The notes beneath the pieces are model-generated. The model was not told where the DNA came from, made no database searches, and saw only the letters and a list, made by a program, of their open reading frames with translations. Source: a bacterium (GTDB lineage: Bacteria > Patescibacteriota > Minisyncoccia > Phycocordibacterales > UBA5272). From it: 29,130 nt of DNA. The stretch is taken from assembly GCA_043775745.1 (NCBI GenBank), contig JAYVSD010000068.1, positions 1 to 29,130 on the forward strand, read 5' to 3'. Made by a program: the position numbers and the translations under genes. Shown one piece after another: positions 1 to 7,636 of this stretch (positions within the stretch are counted from its first letter, which is position 1; the number at the start of each line of letters is the position of its first letter).

Positions 1-177
1 CATGTACTTCTTGTCATCTTTTTCAAGAGCAAAGCACACACGGCTGATGCCTTTGTGAGTGCATACACCCTCTTGCTTGACGATCGCGTCCTTGAGATCG
101 ACGTAGGGGTCGAAAGCAAAGACGGCGAAGCTTGCCAGTATCAATACCAGCAACAAAGCAAAGCGAAAGTATTTCAT
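1..177 (-). CDS. Secreted or membrane-anchored hypothetical protein, runs off the window edge (not in the ORF track)
   Basis: Read manually: ATG at 177, MKYFRFALLLVLILASFAVFAFDPYVDLKDAIVKQEGVCTHKGISRVCFALEKDDKKYM, open to position 1. Signal-peptide-like N-terminus and GGAG 5 nt upstream (183-186). Confidence 0.7.
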   Translation of the reverse strand, partial: MKYFRFALLLVLILASFAVFAFDPYVDLKDAIVKQEGVCTHKGISRVCFALEKDDKKYM

Positions 178-179
178 GT

Positions 180-398
180 TTACTCCAGTTTGGTTGGTGG
201 ATACTTCGGTTTCAATTCTTGGGTGGCTTCACAGCTTTTTTGGCATGTGCCACCACCTTGCCATGATCCATAATAGCCTTTCATGGTCTTATTACAAACA
301 AGGCACAAGCCGACCACGCTTTCTTTGTAGTCGTCTTGTACTTGTCTAAAGTCCTGCTTGCCTTGCCCTCTGGTCAACGTCTTTGATTGGCTCTTCAT
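180..398 (-). CDS. Small hypothetical protein with CxxC...CxxxC, possibly zinc-binding
   Basis: 72-aa ORF with CLVC and CQKSC. It abuts the next gene (TAA-AC-ATG). Confidence 0.55.
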   Translation of the reverse strand: MKSQSKTLTRGQGKQDFRQVQDDYKESVVGLCLVCNKTMKGYYGSWQGGGTCQKSCEATQELKPKYPPTKLE

Positions 399-546
399 GT
401 GTCACCCTTTCAAAGGTGTATCTTGGTTTACAATGTACATGATAATCACTTCGCATTCCTTTCAGAATGGTGGTAAAATATCCCTTGCAAGGATCTATGC
501 TTTTAACGCAAGACCCACATACCAGAACTGGCATATTTCCTGACAT
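346..546 (-). CDS. Small hypothetical protein with CxxC...HxHC
   Basis: 66-aa ORF preceded by AGGAG (553-557) 6 nt upstream of the ATG. Confidence 0.6.
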   Translation of the reverse strand: MSGNMPVLVCGSCVKSIDPCKGYFTTILKGMRSDYHVHCKPRYTFERVTHEEPIKDVDQRARQAGL

Positions 547-628
547 GAATTACTCCTGTGAAAGTTATACCTTTATTTATAAGTATATACCTATAACATG
601 TTTTGTCTATGCTAGTTATCCACCTTTA

Positions 629-1828
629 TTAAAGTAAAGTATTCATGACTAATATAGACTTGGGTCCAAAGCTCTTACCATTCAATTCTGAAAGGTCTGC
701 TACCTTATAAGCTACCTGCCATGCTAAAACTGCATTGACTGTTATTTTGCCATAATAACCAGTACATTTTACATTCATAGGGAAATACCCAAGTTGTTGT
801 AGTTTTTGTTGTAGCAAGGCAATTTCAGGGCTTGTAGAGCCATATACTAGAGTACTGGAGAATATATGTTTATGTGGCTCTGATTTTCCATAAGTCCATT
901 TAGTGAATGCGGAGGCACCATAGCAATGTTTATCAAAGAATGCTTTGGTGATCGCTCTCTGTCCTGCTTTTAATGGTAGGTCAGATTTTACTTGCCATGT
1001 ACCATAGCTATCTTCAATGATAATATATTCAACACCTTTGTGGGATATAGTATCGATGGCTGTTACGGCGTGCCTTATCGCTTCGCTGTCAGATAGTCCT
1101 GTGGGCACATCTTGACACCATTCATTGTAACTAGCTTTAAATAAAGCCATACACGCTCCAAAAGTATTTATGGCTTCTGCTACTTTATAAAAACTATAAT
1201 CGTTTAAGACAATACTATTTAAAGGTTTGTCATGCACGGCTAAACTAGTATTATATATTGCATTGTCTACCTCTATATCTGACATATGTTCAGAGGGTAC
1301 ATCTTTTTCTAGGTAAGCACCATATTTAGTAGAGAAGTTTAATGCGTTTGTCATAGACATACCCGTGTTTGGTTTATTTGCTCTTGATTGAAATATTGGC
1401 GTTGCGGAGTACACTGTTAGCACTCCATCATTTTTAAAGTCTGCTACTTCTAACATTTTAGCTGTGGTTTGAGCTACACATGTACCGCTATCATCTTGAA
1501 ATCTTTGAGTATAAGATATTGGCTCTCTTTCTTGGAATGACGCACCACTGGATACTATATCCTCAAACTTGGTAAAATCACTAGTATCTCCTATCTCTGT
1601 TATACCTTTATAACTTTTAATAAAGTTTAATATAGAGCTATTATCTTTAGTGGCTACAGTTCTACCATATATGGCTAGCAATGCACCTGCTAAAGTTATT
1701 ATCATGTTGATAACATCAGTTAACTGTTGACTATTAGTCCAGTTTGCATGACCTGTGGCTTGTAACATACCCATTATTAAAGTAACCACAATACCTATAT
1801 ATGTTTTATTTCCATTTAGATTGTTCAT
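629..1828 (-). CDS. Endolysin: N-terminal holin-like 2-TM segment, papain-like cysteine peptidase, C-terminal peptidoglycan-binding domain
   Basis: QDDSGTCVAQ (catalytic Cys), HAVTAID (His) and IEDSYG (NSWG-like) motifs. PG_binding_1-like tail (L.YGS.SPEIALLQQKL...GYYGKITVNAVLAWQ). Two hydrophobic helices in aa ~9-57. Confidence 0.8.
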   Translation of the reverse strand: MNNLNGNKTYIGIVVTLIMGMLQATGHANWTNSQQLTDVINMIITLAGALLAIYGRTVATKDNSSILNFIKSYKGITEIGDTSDFTKFEDIVSSGASFQEREPISYTQRFQDDSGTCVAQTTAKMLEVADFKNDGVLTVYSATPIFQSRANKPNTGMSMTNALNFSTKYGAYLEKDVPSEHMSDIEVDNAIYNTSLAVHDKPLNSIVLNDYSFYKVAEAINTFGACMALFKASYNEWCQDVPTGLSDSEAIRHAVTAIDTISHKGVEYIIIEDSYGTWQVKSDLPLKAGQRAITKAFFDKHCYGASAFTKWTYGKSEPHKHIFSSTLVYGSTSPEIALLQQKLQQLGYFPMNVKCTGYYGKITVNAVLAWQVAYKVADLSELNGKSFGPKSILVMNTLL

Positions 1829-1838
1829 GTTTTTATTA

Positions 1839-2123
1839 TTACCAAAAATGTCTCATTCCGATTAAAGCCCCCCCTGCCACAGCCATGCCTCCTAACCATT
1901 TAATGAACCTCCCCGCATTTTCTGCGGTACTATAAGCTTCTACTACTGGTTGTAGTGTTTTTCTCCATTCAATAGAGTCTTGTACAAACTTTGCATTTTC
2001 TTTATAAAATAACTCAAATTTCTCATCTATTTTACGGATTTTACCATTGACAGTTGCCTCTATGGTATTTTCCGTAGTCTGCTTAATCGTATTTATTATT
2101 TTTTGTAATTCTTTTTCAGTCAT
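1839..2123 (-). CDS. Coiled-coil protein with C-terminal TM helix (holin- or antiholin-like lysis accessory)
   Basis: 94 aa ending in hydrophobic FIKWLGGMAVAGGALIGM; directly upstream of the endolysin. Confidence 0.55.
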   Translation of the reverse strand: MTEKELQKIINTIKQTTENTIEATVNGKIRKIDEKFELFYKENAKFVQDSIEWRKTLQPVVEAYSTAENAGRFIKWLGGMAVAGGALIGMRHFW

Positions 2124-2342
2124 TTATTTACTAAGTTCTACACATTTATTGATAATTGCAACAACTTTTTCAGAGAGGGTAGGCATTTGAGCTAGCGGTA
2201 CTGACGGCAAAGGTACTTGCTGTAATAGAGATACAAGAAATGTGTATTCTTCTTTAGTAAGGTCTAGGACAGGCATTTGAGACAGAGTCTCTGTTATTGG
2301 TTGTATATCTTCTGTTATTGATTGTATATTTTCTGTTTCCAT
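2124..2342 (-). CDS. Hypothetical protein
   Basis: 72-aa ORF whose stop abuts the start of the next gene. Confidence 0.7.
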   Translation of the reverse strand: METENIQSITEDIQPITETLSQMPVLDLTKEEYTFLVSLLQQVPLPSVPLAQMPTLSEKVVAIINKCVELSK

Positions 2343-2354
2343 AATTTTAATTTA

Positions 2355-2672
2355 TTAGTAGTAAAGCCACCCGAACATTCGCACTGCTGTATAAAAGAGA
2401 TGTCGTGTAAAAACATCGACACCGTCTTCTTTCATTATAACAATAAAAGTATAATCTGCTAATCTTCTATCTACAGTTTTATAAGTATATAAATAATCAT
2501 GCACTATTGCACCCGTTTGATAAGTACCAAAAGGTGGATAAATAGACCATAATATTCTAGGTATACTTGCTAAATCGCTTTGAAAATCTTTTGGTACAGT
2601 TATCCCCTGCACAGTAAAGTCTTCATCGACTACCCACGCCCCATTGTAAAAAGAAATGCAAGGACTTTTCAT
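2355..2672 (-). CDS. DUF1353-family protein
   Basis: VPKDFQSDLASIPR, AIVHDYLY and R..AD..F...M....V...R..FY.AVRMFG match the DUF1353 signature. Confidence 0.85.
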   Translation of the reverse strand: MKSPCISFYNGAWVVDEDFTVQGITVPKDFQSDLASIPRILWSIYPPFGTYQTGAIVHDYLYTYKTVDRRLADYTFIVIMKEDGVDVFTRHLFYTAVRMFGWLYY

Positions 2673-2673
2673 A

Positions 2674-2985
2674 TTATAGTATTTCTGTTTCTATTGTCCT
2701 CACTTCTTGTATTTTTGCATCTATTCTATTTATAGCTTGATTTAAAAGCTGATTGCTTTGTGCTCGTATCCCTGCTTCAGACAAATCAAGAAATTCTTTT
2801 TGTACCACGCAGGTGTCAATAAGATTACAGAATAACCTTGTCACAAAAGTAAACTTATCTTCTGGATTAGGAATTAAAGCACCAGTCCCATCGTCGATCA
2901 TTTGCTGGTAACTTCTTTTAGCACATATCATATCGATGTATCTTTCCTCGATTGTTGTTGTATATTTGAATAGTAGTGTTTTCAT
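2674..2985 (-). CDS. Hypothetical protein
   Basis: 103-aa ORF tightly packed in the operon. Confidence 0.7.
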   Translation of the reverse strand: MKTLLFKYTTTIEERYIDMICAKRSYQQMIDDGTGALIPNPEDKFTFVTRLFCNLIDTCVVQKEFLDLSEAGIRAQSNQLLNQAINRIDAKIQEVRTIETEIL

Positions 2986-2999
2986 AATTATTATTGTTG

Positions 3000-3305
3000 T
3001 TAATTAAGTCTAAACCATTTAGTAGAAGTCGCACTGAATGCCCACCTGCCAAAACCGTTGGCGGCGAGCGTCGTTAGTCCTCCCAGGATAGTACCGCCAT
3101 TTAATGTTAAGGCGGTAATTGCCTGTGATGTTGATACGACAACACTTTGCCCGTCATTTACTGACGGCAAAGTAATTGTTAAAGTGGCAAGTAAACCTGC
3201 TGGCTCGAGGAATACAACAAGTTCTGGTCCATCAAAAGCATTCACTGTGACAGTTGTACCTGTCGTTGGAGTTGCATATTGTATTACTGCTTTATTATAT
3301 GACAT
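3000..3305 (-). CDS. Small beta-rich virion or tail-fibre-associated protein
   Basis: Thr/Ala/Gly-rich; TLTITLPS and KWF segments resemble phage fibre C-terminal domains; immediately follows the fibre gene. Confidence 0.55.
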   Translation of the reverse strand: MSYNKAVIQYATPTTGTTVTVNAFDGPELVVFLEPAGLLATLTITLPSVNDGQSVVVSTSQAITALTLNGGTILGGLTTLAANGFGRWAFSATSTKWFRLN

Positions 3306-3306
3306 A

Positions 3307-6300
3307 TTATGATATTGAGATTATTTGATAATTAGTGCCGTCAGACTGTATCATTATTGCCGTATATTGTGTATTGATTACTTTTGTAGCAGCTCCGTCG
3401 ATAAGACCACTTGCAGGGGTTATGGTTACTGCGTTGGCGGTAGAGTCTATTTTTTTAATAATAAACATTTGTCCTGTCATATTTGTTGCCTGTGGGAAAG
3501 TTACCGCAAACCCTGCCGTTGTTGCGTCACAAATTATTGTATGGTCTGTTCCTGCTACGGCGGTATACGCTCCTGATTTTGCCACAATTGCATACTGTAT
3601 ACCACCACCAAACCTTGATAGTCCTGCTTTCACCCAGTGAGCATAATTATTACCTGTGACTGTTGCTGTTGGTGCTGCTTCAATATAGACAGTAGCTGTG
3701 TTTGCGATAGTAGCAACACCCGCAGTGATTGTTGGTGCTCTTATAATCTGACTTGCAAGAAGTGGGTGGGCTCCTGAGGTTGCTGCGGTTATAGTACTTG
3801 CTCCAATGATAAAAGCTGCATAGTTTGCGTTTGCACCCATAACAGTATTAAAAGTACCCAAAACAATAGTTCTAAGTGTAACAGTACTTGCCCCTTCAAC
3901 CAAAAGCTGTGCCGTACCATAACTATTACCAGCTCCAGTGCCGCCAAGAGCCATAAAATTATCCAAAGGATTGTTTGAAATGCTTGTTCTTACTCCTCCT
4001 AAACAAGTTACAAAACCGCTTGCAACATAAATAGCATGAGGGTTTGTAATAGTAACGTTGGTACCTGCCAGTGGAGTATTAGCTATGTATAAAGTTGCCG
4101 CATTTGTATACGTTACCGAAGTATTTGTTGCCGCAATAGTTGGTTGAGCAAAAGTATGTATTCCTGAGACTGCTACTGTGCCTGAAATAGCAGTGCTGGT
4201 ATCAGTAAATGTAGCAGCATCATATCTTATTCCTACACCGTTAGTTGTCCATGCTGCAAAAGAGTCAGCTGTTCTATTTACATGGAATATAGCAAGGGGG
4301 GCAGTAGCCCCAAGAGAGAAAAATCCTGTATTTGATAAAGACATCTTAACAGAAGATGACAAAGATGCTTTAATAAGTAAATTAGAGCCACTACCAATAG
4401 ATCCCTCAGTAGGGTTAATGTTAAAAGCTGTATACCCAGCTGTGCTACTTTGAGTTATTGTTGGGCTTATAGATAAGGCAGATTGTATTCCAGAAGAAGC
4501 AGAAAACTGTAAAAGTGTAGTGTCAATGAAGTTTCCAGCAACTGAAGAGTTGCCATTAAATGAAAAAAATGGGTTAATGTTTTGTATTTTTATAAAATTT
4601 CCTACTTCTATTGCCCCACCTGCTGAAATACCAACACCTAAAATTATAGGTCTTGCAACCCCTGTACCCCCAAACTCTGTACCAATAACTGATTTATTAG
4701 ATGTCCATCTTTTTACAGCTCTTTCATAGTTAGTAACTTGGTCAATAGTATTAAAGTGATTATACCCTGTTGTTGTTGAACCGAGAGTTAATGTTGTTGT
4801 TGGCACTGCCGTATTAAAACCTAGACGTTTATTTGTTATATCCCAGAAATAGTTAGCATTATCTTGTGCAAGTAGTCCAGTAGCCCCGACAAAGAGGACA
4901 GAGCCTGCTGTACCAGACGCTACTGCAGAACCTACGCCGTATGAGGGTGTTTGCCATGTAGCGGTTGTAGAACTTGTAGCAGTCAAAGCCTGACCATTGG
5001 TAGGGGCTGTAGCTGCTGATACATCTACTGTAGTGGTAGCACTTTTAAGAGCATTTGTAATCCCTGACGTAAGACCCGTTGCGGTACCTGTTACGTTTGT
5101 CATTACTCCTGATGTGGGAGTACCCAGAAGAGGTGTTACTAGAGTTGGTGATGTAGCAAATACTGCAGAACCTGTACCTGTCTCGTCAGTAAGAGCGGCA
5201 GATAACTGAGCTGACGTGAATAAACCAAGTGATGTAGCATTTCCCACTGAAGTAACTGCACCTGTTAAATTAGCATTAGTTGCATCGTTACCATTTAACT
5301 TTTGAATAGCTTGTAAAATAGTATCTGTTGCTGACACAGCCCCAGCCCCCGAAACATAACCAGTTAGGGTAGAGCCAATAGCTCTAGCATTAGTAAAAAA
5401 TAAGTTAGTAACTTCTGTTATTTGAGCCGAAGTATAATCTCCTGTAGTTGCTACGACAGCACCTGCTCTACCAAATACAGAAGATACTCCCGTTACCAAT
5501 GCTGTAATGTTACCGTTTATTTTTTGGAAGGCTTGTAAAATGGAATCAGTCGCAGCAACTACTCCTGCACCAGAAACATAACCTGTGAGAACTTTAGCAA
5601 TGACGGGTGCGTTTGTAAGAGTAGTTGCGTTACCGACTGATGTCACATCGCCTGTTAGATTAGCATTAGTTATCACTGTGGCTGCAAATGAACTTGTCCC
5701 CGAACCAGTTACTCCCCCAGTGAGCGTGATTGTCTGGTCTCCAGTGTTAGTGCCTGAGTTAATACCTGTTATATCAGAGGTAAAAGCTAGAGTACCTGAA
5801 GCATCTTTTAATGTATATGTTCTTGCTGCGGTTATTGCATTTGTGAATAAAGCTGTAAACGTATTAGCTACGTTACGAAGCCCAAAAGTTCCATCTAAGA
5901 ATGTTTTTAATCCTGAGTTAGTTTGGACAGAGGCTAAAACCATATCACCACTACCTGCGGGTGTTGACCATGTTCCATCCCCCCTCCAAAATGTAGCTGA
6001 AGAGGCTGATGTACCAGAGTTAAGGTTGCTTACAGGTAGATTACCTGTAACATCATTATCCAGTCTAACAGTAAGTGTGTTATTAGCTCCATTTATAGTC
6101 TTATTTGTTAATGTATCTGTTGTAGCTTTTCCAATTAAAGTATCAGTTGCGGCAGGTATAGTGACAGTCCCCGTTGCTATGGCACTACCTACTACTTTAG
6201 TAGTGCCTGAGGTAGCTCCTGAAAATAATAATGTGCCTGTTGATGTACCCACTTTACCAAATCTAGTACCTGTGGATGTTATACGCATTCTCTCTCTTGC

Positions 6301-7479
6301 TAATGAATCAAATCCTCCAGTGTAATATACTATTTCATTAGATGAACCTGTGCCGTCTGTTGCTATGATCAAATTACCTACTTTACCAGCTCCTGCTACT
6401 GCTGATCCAAATAGATAAGCGTCATTGGGTCCTGTAATCGCATACGCCGCTTGAGAAAATGCAGAAGATGTTACACCTATATCCATAAAGCCAGTTATAT
6501 CATCAGTGTTATTATCAGGATATGCAATTAAGTCTGCGGAAGAGTTAACACCTGCCAACTTATTCTGCATTGATATTTGAGTAAAATTGTTTACTGAATT
6601 AGTGGCAGTTACAGTAGGATTGGTAAGTGTAGTACCTGTGCCCGCAGGGTTGACAGTTAATATGCCATTAGTTTTATCAAATGTAAGCTTAGATGATGCG
6701 TCAAATGCACCAGCAGTATTGAATTGTACTTGTGTTGTTGAACCTGCGGGTGTACCAGACCCTCCAAGCGTATTGATAACAGTTGCTCCGTTACCATCTT
6801 TAGTAAAAGAAATATTTGTCCCCGGTTTATAAGGTTGTGCCCCGCCATTACCGCCTATTCTTGTTCCTATATTAGCAATATTGGTTATACTAGCTTTTAA
6901 ATCTTTTAAGATTTCATCAAGCCCTTTAATTGCTTTTTTATCAAGTCTCTCATCATCTTCTAAAGTCTCTAATTTATCTCTAACTTGTTCTGGTGATATT
7001 TCCACTCCGTTTAGTCCATTCTTACCATCAAAATAGTCCACACCTTTTTTTGGTTTAGAAAAATTTATAAAATCTTGTATTTCTTTTTGGGTAAAGTAGT
7101 CTTTCCCTTTAACTGGAGTATACGCGTCTTCTCCTTTGTCACCTTTTAAAGGTTTTGGTATAAGCGGTTTAATAAGTGCAGTTAATTCTTCTTGAGAAGG
7201 TTTTTCTCCATCACTCCCCTTATCCCCTTTTATAGTCATAATAGAAACGCCTTCAAGTTTTACTGATATTTCTTTTTCAAGAAAAGCATCTACCATAACC
7301 TTTACTACATTAGCATGACCACTATCCATACTATTAGTTATACTTGTATTATTATCTTCTAGTTTTTTTAAGACTTGGTCTAGTTTATCGTTAGTTTCTA
7401 TAGACTCACCTAGCTGTGCTAATGTTACAGACCCTGCGTCTGTTACTTTTTGTGCTTTTTTACGCAAATCTTCTGTCAT
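3307..7479 (-). CDS. Large tail fibre protein with N-terminal collagen-like domain
   Basis: 1390 aa. GDKGSDG, KGDKGED and [10 protein letters not shown] in the first ~200 aa; then [54 protein letters not shown] and [22 protein letters not shown], which are typical fibre modules; C-terminal AYT...D..IICDAT...VTFP...G.MFIIKKID domain. Confidence 0.85.
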   Translation of the reverse strand: MTEDLRKKAQKVTDAGSVTLAQLGESIETNDKLDQVLKKLEDNNTSITNSMDSGHANVVKVMVDAFLEKEISVKLEGVSIMTIKGDKGSDGEKPSQEELTALIKPLIPKPLKGDKGEDAYTPVKGKDYFTQKEIQDFINFSKPKKGVDYFDGKNGLNGVEISPEQVRDKLETLEDDERLDKKAIKGLDEILKDLKASITNIANIGTRIGGNGGAQPYKPGTNISFTKDGNGATVINTLGGSGTPAGSTTQVQFNTAGAFDASSKLTFDKTNGILTVNPAGTGTTLTNPTVTATNSVNNFTQISMQNKLAGVNSSADLIAYPDNNTDDITGFMDIGVTSSAFSQAAYAITGPNDAYLFGSAVAGAGKVGNLIIATDGTGSSNEIVYYTGGFDSLARERMRITSTGTRFGKVGTSTGTLLFSGATSGTTKVVGSAIATGTVTIPAATDTLIGKATTDTLTNKTINGANNTLTVRLDNDVTGNLPVSNLNSGTSASSATFWRGDGTWSTPAGSGDMVLASVQTNSGLKTFLDGTFGLRNVANTFTALFTNAITAARTYTLKDASGTLAFTSDITGINSGTNTGDQTITLTGGVTGSGTSSFAATVITNANLTGDVTSVGNATTLTNAPVIAKVLTGYVSGAGVVAATDSILQAFQKINGNITALVTGVSSVFGRAGAVVATTGDYTSAQITEVTNLFFTNARAIGSTLTGYVSGAGAVSATDTILQAIQKLNGNDATNANLTGAVTSVGNATSLGLFTSAQLSAALTDETGTGSAVFATSPTLVTPLLGTPTSGVMTNVTGTATGLTSGITNALKSATTTVDVSAATAPTNGQALTATSSTTATWQTPSYGVGSAVASGTAGSVLFVGATGLLAQDNANYFWDITNKRLGFNTAVPTTTLTLGSTTTGYNHFNTIDQVTNYERAVKRWTSNKSVIGTEFGGTGVARPIILGVGISAGGAIEVGNFIKIQNINPFFSFNGNSSVAGNFIDTTLLQFSASSGIQSALSISPTITQSSTAGYTAFNINPTEGSIGSGSNLLIKASLSSSVKMSLSNTGFFSLGATAPLAIFHVNRTADSFAAWTTNGVGIRYDAATFTDTSTAISGTVAVSGIHTFAQPTIAATNTSVTYTNAATLYIANTPLAGTNVTITNPHAIYVASGFVTCLGGVRTSISNNPLDNFMALGGTGAGNSYGTAQLLVEGASTVTLRTIVLGTFNTVMGANANYAAFIIGASTITAATSGAHPLLASQIIRAPTITAGVATIANTATVYIEAAPTATVTGNNYAHWVKAGLSRFGGGIQYAIVAKSGAYTAVAGTDHTIICDATTAGFAVTFPQATNMTGQMFIIKKIDSTANAVTITPASGLIDGAATKVINTQYTAIMIQSDGTNYQIISIS

Positions 7480-7485
7480 AGATAG

Positions 7486-7502
7486 ATTATATATACGGTC
7501 GG
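7486..7502 (-). promoter_or_regulatory. CCGACC/-10 late promoter motif, leaderless, upstream of the fibre gene
   Basis: Minus strand CCGACC-GTATA-TATAAT-CTATCT-ATG(7479). Confidence 0.7.
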
Positions 7503-7539
7503 TATTTTAGTTGTCCACATAATTATACTTTCATAATTT

Positions 7540-7623
7540 ATGAATATAGCATATTATGCTAGTATGATTACATTTTTAATTATATTTGGTCTCTGGCTAT
7601 TCTTTTCTGGATTTGCTAGATAA
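7540..7623 (+). CDS. 27-aa single-TM small protein, antisense to the operon (not in the ORF track)
   Basis: Read manually: MNIAYYASMITFLIIFGLWLFFSGFAR*. Lies in the 157-bp gap between two large genes; TATACT at 7524-7529 upstream. Confidence 0.5.
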   Translation: MNIAYYASMITFLIIFGLWLFFSGFAR

Positions 7624-7636
7624 TATTATTTAGTTA

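Noticed and set aside
55-543. Plus-strand ORFs 55..273 and 358..543
   Set aside because: The minus-strand trio tiles the region, two of them with SD sites; these plus-strand ORFs lack such support.
3058-6832. Many plus-strand ORFs (up to 246 aa) opposite the fibre gene
   Set aside because: Shadow frames of Thr/Ala/Gly-rich codons, giving Val/Pro/Ala-rich translations with no motifs or start signals.
6657-6848. 63-aa minus-strand ORF nested in the fibre gene as a possible frameshift product
   Set aside because: No slippery site or motif seen; most likely an alternate-frame artefact.
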